From: Candidatus Eiseniibacteriota bacterium
GTDB lineage: Bacteria > Eisenbacteria > RBG-16-71-46 > CAZAMP01
DNA: 64,000 bases
Assembly: GCA_965224245.1 (NCBI GenBank)
Contig: OZ245046.1
Coordinates: 4,096,001-4,160,000, forward strand
Reading direction: 5' to 3'
Made by a program: the position numbers and the translations under genes
The notes under the pieces: model-generated
Database searches by the model: none
What the model was told of the DNA's origin: nothing
The model's input: only the letters and a program-made list of their open reading frames with translations
Shown here: in pieces, positions 53,496-62,389 of the stretch
Position numbering within the stretch: the first letter of the stretch is position 1
How the letters are laid out: the number at the start of each line of letters is the position of its first letter

Positions 53496-54722
53496 TCAGC
53501 GGATGACCGCACCCTCGGAGCTGAAGAGCTTCATCGGCTTCGACAGAATCAGCGGACCCTCATCGTACGTCCCGGCCTCGAGATAGAGGTGATTCGTGGT
53601 CGCCGGTGAGGCGGCCGCCTGAGCATCGGCGACGGTCTCGATGGGATCCCCGCAACGGCCGCTGGCGCTCGGGAGGCCCGAGGGACGGACGAACAGCATC
53701 TGCCCCTCGCGGCAGGACTCGACGGTGAGCGGTGGATCCGGGCAGACGCCACCCGCGACGATCGACTGCCAGTCGGAGTACGCGATGCACGTGACGTCCC
53801 GGGCGGGAGGGCGCCGTGCGAGCCACGTCACGTCCTCGATGTTGGCCCACTCGTCGTAGTCCCCGACCACGGACAGATTGAATTCCGTATTGCACCAGCC
53901 GAATCGGGAGACGTTGATGTCCTCGGCCACCACGCCGCCGACCGCTCCGCTGCAATCCCAGTCCACGGGGATCATGAGATTGCCGCGGTTCTCGTCGAGG
54001 GCGTTCTCGTCCAGGAAGCACTGGTAGCCGCGCGAGTAGTCGAGGTGCTTGAAGAGCTCTGCTTGCTCCGGAGCTAGCCCGAAGCACTCGAGCTGCTGGC
54101 GGACCCCGTTCAGCTGAAAGAAGTAGCTCATCACGCTCGGCATCGTGGGAACGACCGGTCCCACCCAGCTCGTCCCGGACGAGTCGGACGTACAGTCCAT
54201 GCTGCCACAGTGCTCGAGGCCGAGGTTATGGCCGAACTCGTGGGCGATGGTGCTCGCCTGCCGGAACGGGGATCCGACCCCGCCGAGATGATTCCCGAGG
54301 GTGACGATGAAGTTGGCCCCCGGCAGCTCGGCACGGCCGCTGCTGTTGGTCACCACGCCTCCTGTCCGGTACCGGTGTCCGATCACGCCGTAGTGCCACC
54401 CGGCCAGTCCGTCCCGGTCGAAGTAGGTGGCGCGGAGCGCGCCGAACGCGCTGTCCTCGTCGGCGTACGCCCAGAAAGAGTCCGTGCCCGTGGTGTCGTC
54501 CACGATCACCGCATAGTGGGGGATCGCATCGTCGACGTCGATGACGAGGGTGTGTCCCTCGCACGCGAACATCTGGATGAGGGCATCGGCGACCAGTGGG
54601 GCGGGCTCGTGCGAGTGCGAGGCGTCCACCATGTAGTCGAGCTCGATGCGGAAGAGGTCCGTCCATCCGGTCTCCGCGGCCAGCACCGACAGGGCCAGGA
54701 TCGTGATCGCGCGCGCCCTCAT
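53496..54722 (-). CDS. Secreted zinc metalloprotease (no CTD)
   Basis: Signal peptide, IELDYM, HEFGHNLGLEH and SVMSY motifs. Confidence 0.85.
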   Translation of the reverse strand: MRARAITILALSVLAAETGWTDLFRIELDYMVDASHSHEPAPLVADALIQMFACEGHTLVIDVDDAIPHYAVIVDDTTGTDSFWAYADEDSAFGALRATYFDRDGLAGWHYGVIGHRYRTGGVVTNSSGRAELPGANFIVTLGNHLGGVGSPFRQASTIAHEFGHNLGLEHCGSMDCTSDSSGTSWVGPVVPTMPSVMSYFFQLNGVRQQLECFGLAPEQAELFKHLDYSRGYQCFLDENALDENRGNLMIPVDWDCSGAVGGVVAEDINVSRFGWCNTEFNLSVVGDYDEWANIEDVTWLARRPPARDVTCIAYSDWQSIVAGGVCPDPPLTVESCREGQMLFVRPSGLPSASGRCGDPIETVADAQAAASPATTNHLYLEAGTYDEGPLILSKPMKLFSSEGAVIR

Positions 54723-56338
54723 TGCAACGACACCAGCACGAGGACGAGTCCAACGCCATCGGGGAGTGGCGTCATCGCCTTCCCGAGGATGGCACCGTTG
54801 GCGCGGGAGTGATCGGTGACCTTCATCGCGCAGCCGGGCGTCGCGGACGTGGTGAGTAGATCGCCGGGCTCGATGGAGCCGAACGCGGCATCCGCGCGGG
54901 CGTACACCCGCCCCGTCAGGGCAATCGGGTGCTCGCCGTCGGCGACGGTCCCCGGCTGGCCCATGAGCATTCCCGGTCGCACGTCGCCTGCGCCGCTGAT
55001 CACGCCGGCGACCCGGCGGTCGTAGGGGCCATCGCTCACCACGAGCGCGCCGGGACGCTCGGGGTCGATGCACACGACCGACCCGGGCAGGGGCTCGACC
55101 GCCGTGTCGTCGGCCGGCCTCACGTCGAAGCGCTCGGAGAGATCGGAGCCGCCGGTGATCTCCACCACGTTCGTGATCACGCGGCCCTGGCCCGTGCCAT
55201 CGTGATCCCCCACGATCTGTACGGTACGGGAGCTCGCCGCGTTGAAGGCCTCGATCACTCCGCCACCGTACGTCGCACCCTGGGCAAAGGCACGGACGCC
55301 CGGTGCCCCCGTATCTTGAAGCATGTCCAGCCGGGATCCCCCGCCGGAGGCCGTCCGGTCGCTCTTGAGCTCCAGCGTCGACGTGCCGTTCTGGTCGAAC
55401 ATCTGGAAGAGGCCGTATACGGACCCGGTCTGTCCATCGAGGCGAATGCGGTTGACGTCGTTGTCGTCCAGGAAGTTGAGCGAGTTATAGAAGATCGAGT
55501 TGCCGGTGCCACGGTTGATCGTGAGGTGCGGACCCACCTGAAGCCCGCTCTCCACCCCGAACACGTGGAGCTGGTTAGCGGTCCCGTCGTACTCGAGGTC
55601 GATGCCGAACGTGGCGCCGGGGTTCTCGACGAGGCGAACCCGGGCGTTTGAGGGGTTGGTGCTGATCGGTCCCACGGTGAGGGCGGGTGCGCCTCCATCC
55701 TCTCGGACGTCGACCTTCGACGTGGGCGACGTCGTGCCGATGCCCACGTTTCCGGACAGCTCGAGGTACGCGTCGTCGCCGGACGTGCCCCACACGGGGT
55801 CGGCGGTGCCCGTGGCGCCGATCGCGAGGTCGCCGCCCACCTCCGTGATGGAGATGCCGTCGCCGGCCACGAGGTCGACGTGCTCTCGCAGACCGTTGAG
55901 GCTCCGTAGCACCGTTCCGGGGCCGATCTTCGACGACGTGACGCTGCTGTCCGCGACGGTCAGCGCGTGCATGGCGAATGGAGATCCGGCCACCTGGATG
56001 CGGGCGGGCATCTCGCCGGCCCCGTCGATCTCGAGTCCCAGATAGCGCGTCTCGGTGAACAGGTTCGGCGGAAACTCCCAGGACGTGATGCCGAGCCGTG
56101 TCGTGATGATGGAGTCGGTGATGAGGAGGTTCTGGCCTTGCCACCAGAGCACGTTACCACCGGAGGGTGCGTCCCAGATCCGGAAGACGACGTCGTAGAT
56201 GTCCTCCGGGAGTGGAAGACCCATCGAGTCGGTCACCGCGGCCTGGAAGCTCACGACGCGTTCGGGTTCGGCCACGGTCGTCACCGGAGTCGCCAGCGTG
56301 GCGAGGCAGATCAGGAGTACACCGAGCGCTCGGTTCAT
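54719..56338 (-). CDS. Secreted phage-fibre-like protein with putative C-terminal autocleaving chaperone
   Basis: Signal peptide, VSFQA..FRIWDA..GGNVLW..PR/PFAMHA head, GNVGIGTTSP, C-terminal GSDLSERF..IALTGRV..IEPGDLLTTS..GAILGKAM. Confidence 0.75.
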   Translation of the reverse strand: MNRALGVLLICLATLATPVTTVAEPERVVSFQAAVTDSMGLPLPEDIYDVVFRIWDAPSGGNVLWWQGQNLLITDSIITTRLGITSWEFPPNLFTETRYLGLEIDGAGEMPARIQVAGSPFAMHALTVADSSVTSSKIGPGTVLRSLNGLREHVDLVAGDGISITEVGGDLAIGATGTADPVWGTSGDDAYLELSGNVGIGTTSPTSKVDVREDGGAPALTVGPISTNPSNARVRLVENPGATFGIDLEYDGTANQLHVFGVESGLQVGPHLTINRGTGNSIFYNSLNFLDDNDVNRIRLDGQTGSVYGLFQMFDQNGTSTLELKSDRTASGGGSRLDMLQDTGAPGVRAFAQGATYGGGVIEAFNAASSRTVQIVGDHDGTGQGRVITNVVEITGGSDLSERFDVRPADDTAVEPLPGSVVCIDPERPGALVVSDGPYDRRVAGVISGAGDVRPGMLMGQPGTVADGEHPIALTGRVYARADAAFGSIEPGDLLTTSATPGCAMKVTDHSRANGAILGKAMTPLPDGVGLVLVLVSLQ

Positions 56339-56368
56339 GAACGCCTCCATCTGGTTGCCGTGGCGCCG

Positions 56369-56923
56369 CTACCTCACGACTATCAGCCGATGCGACGCGT
56401 GGAAGCCCTCCGCTTCGATCCGAAAGAAGTAGACCCCCGCGGCGAACGCAGAGGTGTCGACGTCGAGGACGTGTCGGCCGGGGGGGCGCTCGCCATCGGT
56501 CACCGTGGCTACGCGGCGTCCGGTGACCCCGTAGATCGCGACGCGGACCCGCGATTCCCGCGGCAGCTCGAAGGCGACGGTGGTCCGGGTATGGGCCGGA
56601 TTTGGGATGCTGGGAAGCAGGCGATACCGCACGGGAAGCGGCGCGGGTGCTCCGGGCGAATCGAGAAGGATCGAGCCGTCGTGGAGGTACCAGAACCCGG
56701 CACGGACCCGGTCGACGGAGCCGTCGGGGATGACCCCCGCGATCGGCTGCCCGAGAGTCGTCCGCACCGTGAGTGCGTCGTCCACCAGGAGCCCGGCACC
56801 GGAACCGATCACCGCGCGAAAGGTGCCGCCGGCGATCGTCTGCGGCGCCGCGAGGCACATCCACGCTGTCGCGAGCAAGACGCAGCATCGAGCATGCAAT
56901 CCATGATCGATCCGACTGCTCAT
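56369..56923 (-). CDS. Small secreted protein: short beta domain plus Ig CTD
   Basis: VIGSGAG..TTLGQP..RAGFWY, then IPNP..IYGVTGRRV..AGVYFFR. Confidence 0.8.
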   Translation of the reverse strand: MSSRIDHGLHARCCVLLATAWMCLAAPQTIAGGTFRAVIGSGAGLLVDDALTVRTTLGQPIAGVIPDGSVDRVRAGFWYLHDGSILLDSPGAPAPLPVRYRLLPSIPNPAHTRTTVAFELPRESRVRVAIYGVTGRRVATVTDGERPPGRHVLDVDTSAFAAGVYFFRIEAEGFHASHRLIVVR

Positions 56924-57313
56924 GTGCGCCCTTCAGCTCGAGGGGTGCTCGCGGTACCGTCGGGACGCATCCGTGTCCAGCCTGCGCGCCCGTTACACCG
57001 CCATTTTAGCGAGGATCGCCGGATCGCGCCAACCCGTGGTGCGTGAGAACACAAACGAACCACGACAGGGAGACTTACGGACATGATGAGGTACTGTCGG
57101 TCTCATCCGAAGGCCAGCGCCCACGCCGGTGACGCGTTCGGGCCGACTCCCGAACCGGAACAGGAGTGCTGCACGCATCGGCATGGCCCGGGTAGAATCG
57201 GTGTCTGAGCACGAGCAGGGCGGATGGGGCGCTCATCAGCGTCCATTTGATGATTCGGCCCGGAATGCACGCAAGCCCGGTCGACGATCGTCCTGCGCCG
57301 GAGGGAGGTCGCG

Positions 57314-60300
57314 ATGTCGTCTCGTGCAGTCGGGCTGCTCTGCGCCGTCTCGGTCATCGCGTCGGCCCCGTCCCACGCGGGGCTTCCGACATCGTACGCG
57401 GAGGACTTCACCACCACGGCCTTCAGAGACCCCGTCACCACCACGGCCGAATGGGACACCACGAGCGGCGAGGTCCGGCTCACCCCCTTCACGTTCTCGC
57501 TCATCGGTGAGCTCGACACCGCGGGCGCCGCCCGCGACGTCGTGCTCGCAGGCGACGTCGCGTACGTTGCCGACAGAGCGGGTGGCCTCGGGGTGATCGA
57601 CGTCACCGATCCGGCGAACCCGTCACTCACCAGCACGTTTGCCACGCCGGACGTGGCGACGGGTGTGGTGGCCGACGGTGATGCGGTCCTCGTCGCGGAC
57701 GGGGCGAGCGGTCTCGTGATCGTCGATGTCTCCGACCCATCGATACCCGTGCTCGAGGGAAGCCTCGACACGTCGGGATTCGCGACCGCGTTGGCTCTCG
57801 CCGGCCGCGTCGCCTTCGTCGCCGACGGTGCCGGAGGGCTCCACGCGGTGGACGTGGACGATCGGTCGAATCCGATGCTGCTCGACACGGTCGACACGGC
57901 GGGCGACGCCCGCGGCGTCGCGCTCCACGGAGACCTCGCGCTCGTCGCCGACGGAACGAGCGGACTCCAGATCATCGACATCACGGACCCGGCGAACCTC
58001 GTTCTCATCGGGTCCGTCAATCCCCCCGGCGAGGCGTACGACGTCGCGGTGAACGGGGACGTGGCGTTCGTCGCGAACGGAACAGGCGGGCTCCACGTGA
58101 TCGACATCACCGATCCGACGAGCCCTTCACTCGCTGGCACGGCCAGCACACCCGGGGTGGCCACCGGGATCTTCGCGCGCGGCGACGTCGCGTACGTCGC
58201 CGATGGTGCCAGCGGGGTCTACCTCTTCGACGTCCGAGATCCGTCGAGTCCCTACTCGATCGGGGGCTTCGATACCAGTGACGCCGGCAGCGTCATCGTG
58301 GGCGGGGACCTGGCCTACGTCGCGGACGGTACGCGCGGACTCGTCGTCGTCGACGTCTGGTCGGCGCCGGATCCCGAGCTCGTCACGACGATCGGCACGA
58401 CCGACGCAGCGGGCGTCGCGATCTCCGGCGACGTCGCATACGTCGCGGATCAAGCCGCCGGTCTTCTCGTGTACGATATCTCCGAACCGGCGGCCCCGGC
58501 GCTGCTCTCGACGTACGGTACGCTCTGGGGCGGCGCGACCAGCGTCGAGATCGCCGGAGACGTCGCCTACGTCGGGGCCACCGGCGGAGTCGAAATCGTC
58601 GACATTTCGGACCCGGCCAACCCGGGGTTTCTCTCCCTATACGACACGACGGGAATCGTGAACCGCATGCACGTCGCGGGCAATCTCCTCTACGTGGCGG
58701 ACCGGTCCACCCTGCTGATTCTGGACGTCGCCGATCCCTCCGACCCCCATCACGTCGGACAGGATGTCAGAGGCGAGCGCAAGAGCATCGACGTCGCGGG
58801 CGAGCACGCGTACGTGCCGACCCTCGCCGAGCAACGCGGCATTGACGTGTATGACGTGACCAGCCCCAGCAGCCCCAACCTCGTGGGTTTCTACGGGACG
58901 TCGGACCCTGTCGACGTCTACGTGGCCGGCGACATTCTCTACGTGGCCGAGCTCTCGGACGGCCTCCTGGCGCTCGACATCTCCGTGCCCCCCAACATCA
59001 GCTTCGTGGGCAGTACGCTGTCGTCGGTCGGGATCGAGGACGTCGTCGTCAGCGGTGACTACGCGTACACGGTCGGGGCCGGAGGGCTCATCATCGTCGA
59101 CGTGTCGGATCCGGCCAATCCCGCGCCCGTCGCCGGCTACGCGTCGGCCAAGACCGCCCTCGCGGAGGCCGGCGAGCTTGCGTTGCTCGTGCGCGAGAGC
59201 GGGGGCGTGGATGTCGCTCGGTTCTTCCAGAACGTCGTCGACACGACGTCGGGCGTCGCGCAGTCGATCGAGATCGACGCCGCCGACCACGATGTCGTTC
59301 GCGCCTGGATGAGCGCCACGGCCAGCATCGACGTGGACCTGGAGCTGAGTGCCGATGGAGGCACGAGCTGGCAGACGTTCGCGCCCGGCTCGTGGGACGT
59401 GTTCGACATGCCGGGGAGCGATCTCGTCTGGCGTTCCACGCACACGTGGACGCCGGCCGGAAACGTCAACCCGACTCTCTTCGATCTCGCGATCGAGTGG
59501 CGGTACGCCTTCGCGACCATCCAGTCGGTATCGGATGTTCCGAACGATCAGGGCGGACGCGTGGTGCTCTCGGTCGGCCGATCGGGCTACGACTTTCTCG
59601 AGGAGGCGACCAGCTCCATCACCGAGTACCACGTCTGGATCCGGGTATCAGACACCGAGAGCTCGATCCCGGCGAGCGACCAGCTCGAACACACGACCGT
59701 CGTGCCCGGCATGCCCACCGTGAGCGCCGACGGGATCGACTACGTGCGCGGAGCAAGCGGCACCGGCATGCCACCGGGCGTGTGGGCTCACCTGGACCGG
59801 TTTCCTGCGCTTCAGATCGACGAGTACGGTGTTCTGGCCGAGACGCTCGCGGACTCGTCCGCGGGGGGATCGGAGAACTGGGCCGTGTACACCGTCACCG
59901 CACACACCGCCGATCCGCTCGTGTGGTTTGCGAGCCCACCCGACAGCGGCCGTTCGGTGGACAACCTGGCTCCCGGTCCGCCAGCCGGACTCGTGTTCAC
60001 CGCCCCGGGTCTCCTGAAATGGGACGATCCGGCGGAGCCGGACTTCGACTTCTTCACGGTGTACGGCTCGGCGAACGGGGAGCACCATTCCACGGCGACG
60101 CGGATCGGGTACACGATCGAGACGGAGATGGACGTCTCCGGCGCACCCTTCTCGTACTACCACGTCACGACCACCGACTTCGCCGGGAACGAGGGCCCGG
60201 ACGCGATCGTCGAGGCCCCCCTGACGGTGGAGGACCCGGGGCTCGTGCCCCCGGAGCTCATGGTGCATCCCGCCCGCCCCAATCCGTTTCGGTCCACGGC

Positions 60301-60529
60301 TCGGATCGTCTTCGACGTCCCGTCGGCCCGGCACGTCCAGCTGAGCGTGTACGACGTCAACGGTCGACTGGTCCGGCTCCTCGTGGACGGTGAGGTGATG
60401 GGTGGACGATACGTCGTGGAGTGGTCCGGTGTTGATGAGCACGACCACCGAGCTCCGGCCGGTGTCTACTTCGTTCGTCTGCAATCGTCGGGGACCCGCG
60501 AGTCGGTGTCGGTCGTCCTGCTCGACTGA
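57314..60529 (+). CDS. LVIVD-repeat secreted protein with Ig CTD
   Basis: Many GDxAYVADGxxGLxIxDVSDPxxP repeats, DVPNDQGG domain, CTD RPNPF..APAGVYFVR. Confidence 0.92.
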   Translation: MSSRAVGLLCAVSVIASAPSHAGLPTSYAEDFTTTAFRDPVTTTAEWDTTSGEVRLTPFTFSLIGELDTAGAARDVVLAGDVAYVADRAGGLGVIDVTDPANPSLTSTFATPDVATGVVADGDAVLVADGASGLVIVDVSDPSIPVLEGSLDTSGFATALALAGRVAFVADGAGGLHAVDVDDRSNPMLLDTVDTAGDARGVALHGDLALVADGTSGLQIIDITDPANLVLIGSVNPPGEAYDVAVNGDVAFVANGTGGLHVIDITDPTSPSLAGTASTPGVATGIFARGDVAYVADGASGVYLFDVRDPSSPYSIGGFDTSDAGSVIVGGDLAYVADGTRGLVVVDVWSAPDPELVTTIGTTDAAGVAISGDVAYVADQAAGLLVYDISEPAAPALLSTYGTLWGGATSVEIAGDVAYVGATGGVEIVDISDPANPGFLSLYDTTGIVNRMHVAGNLLYVADRSTLLILDVADPSDPHHVGQDVRGERKSIDVAGEHAYVPTLAEQRGIDVYDVTSPSSPNLVGFYGTSDPVDVYVAGDILYVAELSDGLLALDISVPPNISFVGSTLSSVGIEDVVVSGDYAYTVGAGGLIIVDVSDPANPAPVAGYASAKTALAEAGELALLVRESGGVDVARFFQNVVDTTSGVAQSIEIDAADHDVVRAWMSATASIDVDLELSADGGTSWQTFAPGSWDVFDMPGSDLVWRSTHTWTPAGNVNPTLFDLAIEWRYAFATIQSVSDVPNDQGGRVVLSVGRSGYDFLEEATSSITEYHVWIRVSDTESSIPASDQLEHTTVVPGMPTVSADGIDYVRGASGTGMPPGVWAHLDRFPALQIDEYGVLAETLADSSAGGSENWAVYTVTAHTADPLVWFASPPDSGRSVDNLAPGPPAGLVFTAPGLLKWDDPAEPDFDFFTVYGSANGEHHSTATRIGYTIETEMDVSGAPFSYYHVTTTDFAGNEGPDAIVEAPLTVEDPGLVPPELMVHPARPNPFRSTARIVFDVPSARHVQLSVYDVNGRLVRLLVDGEVMGGRYVVEWSGVDEHDHRAPAGVYFVRLQSSGTRESVSVVLLD

Positions 60530-60753
60530 TATGGAATGACCTCATCGAGAGGAGAGTCTCTCCGGTTGGAAGGGCCCGCGTCGACCGGCCTCCTGGTGAT
60601 CCGTGGACGGGACAGCCGAAGGCGGCCCGGGTCGACTCGACATGGCATCCGCCCCCGGTGCGGGCGGGACTCGACTGCAACGCGAACGGGACGACCTCCA
60701 CCGTTTCGACGTCGTGGTACCATGCTTCCCAGCATCCACGAATGGAGGCGATC

Positions 60754-61389
60754 GTGATCCCGCCACTCCCGACCCGTTACATGCGGGCCATCGGAAGCGT
60801 CGCTCTACTATCCCTCGCTCACGCCACCTCGATCTCGGGCGCGGGGCCGATCGCTGTCGGCGACGAGGCACCGGACTTCACGCTGCGAGCCACCGACGGC
60901 TCGGTGCACAGCCTCTCGGACTACCGGGGCCGGCTCGTGTACTTCTTCTTCTTTGCATCCTGGTGAGTGGGTTGCGGTCCGAAGTTCTCGGACGTCGAGA
61001 CTCGCTTCCACGAGCGCTTCAGCCCGGATGACCTCGTGATTCTCGGCGTCGATTTCCTGGAGTCGGCCGAGGTCGCCCGGGCGTTTGCGGACGAGTGGGG
61101 CGCCACGTTTCCGATCCTGCTCGACTCCCACGCGTCGGCGTACGCCGACTACTACTACTGGTGCCCGAATCGCTTTCCCAGGGACTTCGTCATCGACCCC
61201 GAGGGCAGGATCGTCTACATGGCGTGCGAGTACTGCGTACCCGGAGAGGACGGATCCTGTCCAGCGGATGTGCCGGGGGCCACGGCCATCGCGGAGATCA
61301 TCGGGGAGTACGGGATCACGCCGGTGTCGGAAGCCACCTGGGGGTCGATCAAGGCGATGTACCGGGATCCAGCAGCGAGCGGTCGCTGA
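60754..61389 (+). CDS. Redoxin (AhpC/TSA, TlpA-like) selenoprotein with signal peptide and TWGSIKAMYR tail
   Basis: VGDEAPDFTL..SLSDYRGR..FFASW-TGA-VGC (UxxC; TGA at 60964-60966) continuing in frame to FP..FVIDPEGRI; GGAGG RBS before the GTG. Confidence 0.88.
60967..61006 (+). promoter_or_regulatory. Candidate bacterial SECIS element
   Basis: Hairpin GTCCGA-AGTTC-TCGGAC starting at the 11th nt after the TGA, with a possible lower stem. Confidence 0.65.
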
Positions 61390-61597
61390 GAGTGCCGGGG
61401 ACGACGTCTCCCGACACGTACCGCCGCCGAAGTGGAGTCCGGCGGCTGGGCCGCCCGCGACGATGCGGGTGATCCGACATGCGCCGCTCTCGCTCAGCGT
61501 CCCGCCCCGCGCCGAGGGCGTGCTAGCATGCGCGGATCTCGGCACGGGACAGGCCGATCGGGGTCGTCACCTGCATTCCGCCAGGGAGCTGACGAGC

Positions 61598-62140
61598 ATG
61601 GAGAACGACGGGGTGGATCCCTTCCTTTCGCGACACGGCGCACTGGGGGCGCTGGTCGACGAGTATGATCGTGCCACCGAGCTACTCGTTGCCGACATCG
61701 AGGATCTCTCCCCCGAGGCGTTCTCGGAGACGCTGGACGCGGAGTCCCCCGATCCCGACTGCCGGTCCGTGCAGACGATTCTCACCCACTGCGTGCGCGC
61801 CGGCTTCGGCTATCTCGACGTCGCTCGGGCAATCCTGGACGGACTCGAGTCACGCGACGATGCCCCACGGACCGATCCACCGACTCCGCCGCCACCCGGG
61901 CCTCCGGGAGCTGCTGCCGCAGCGATCGAGCAGCTGCGGTCGGTCGTCCGGGAGACCGATCGAGCTCTGGCACCGTACCGCTCGTCGCCCGATGCGATAC
62001 TCGATGCGACGACGAGGACGGCGAGCGGCCGGGAGGTGGATCTCGAAGGTCTGCTCGAGCACGCCATCGTGCACCTCCTCCGTCACCGTCGTCAGATTCG
62101 GCGGCTCCGCGCGCGACGGCACGAAAGGCCGTCGCGATAG
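61598..62140 (+). CDS. DinB family protein
   Basis: SVQTILTHCV and LLEHAIVHLLRHRRQI His motifs. Confidence 0.88.
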   Translation: MENDGVDPFLSRHGALGALVDEYDRATELLVADIEDLSPEAFSETLDAESPDPDCRSVQTILTHCVRAGFGYLDVARAILDGLESRDDAPRTDPPTPPPPGPPGAAAAAIEQLRSVVRETDRALAPYRSSPDAILDATTRTASGREVDLEGLLEHAIVHLLRHRRQIRRLRARRHERPSR

Positions 62141-62389
62141 GCCGACGGCATCCCGTGGACACCCCGCGCGCCGCCACCTTTTTTCTCTCCCGAGGTTACG
62201 GATCCCGAGTCGTTTGCGCCTCTCCGGGTGTCGGCGAATCCGGAGACGGATCGACGTCGACCCCGGCTGACGGCATAAGCCACTGTGGTCGAATTACTTG
62301 CACAGCTCGACTCGGCGAAGGTCCGCTTGCAACGCCAATCAAAATGGGGGATGCCGCGTGGCGGGAAAGTCCCTCGGGAGGGTTTGAGA

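Noticed and set aside
54719-56338. Prophage
   Set aside because: The fibre-like gene has a signal peptide, and there are no capsid, terminase, portal or phage integrase genes nearby.
60658-61389. Two separate small ORFs or a nonsense pseudogene
   Set aside because: The TGA sits exactly at the redox Cys position with a downstream hairpin and an intact fold, so Sec readthrough is the simpler reading (pending a sel gene check).
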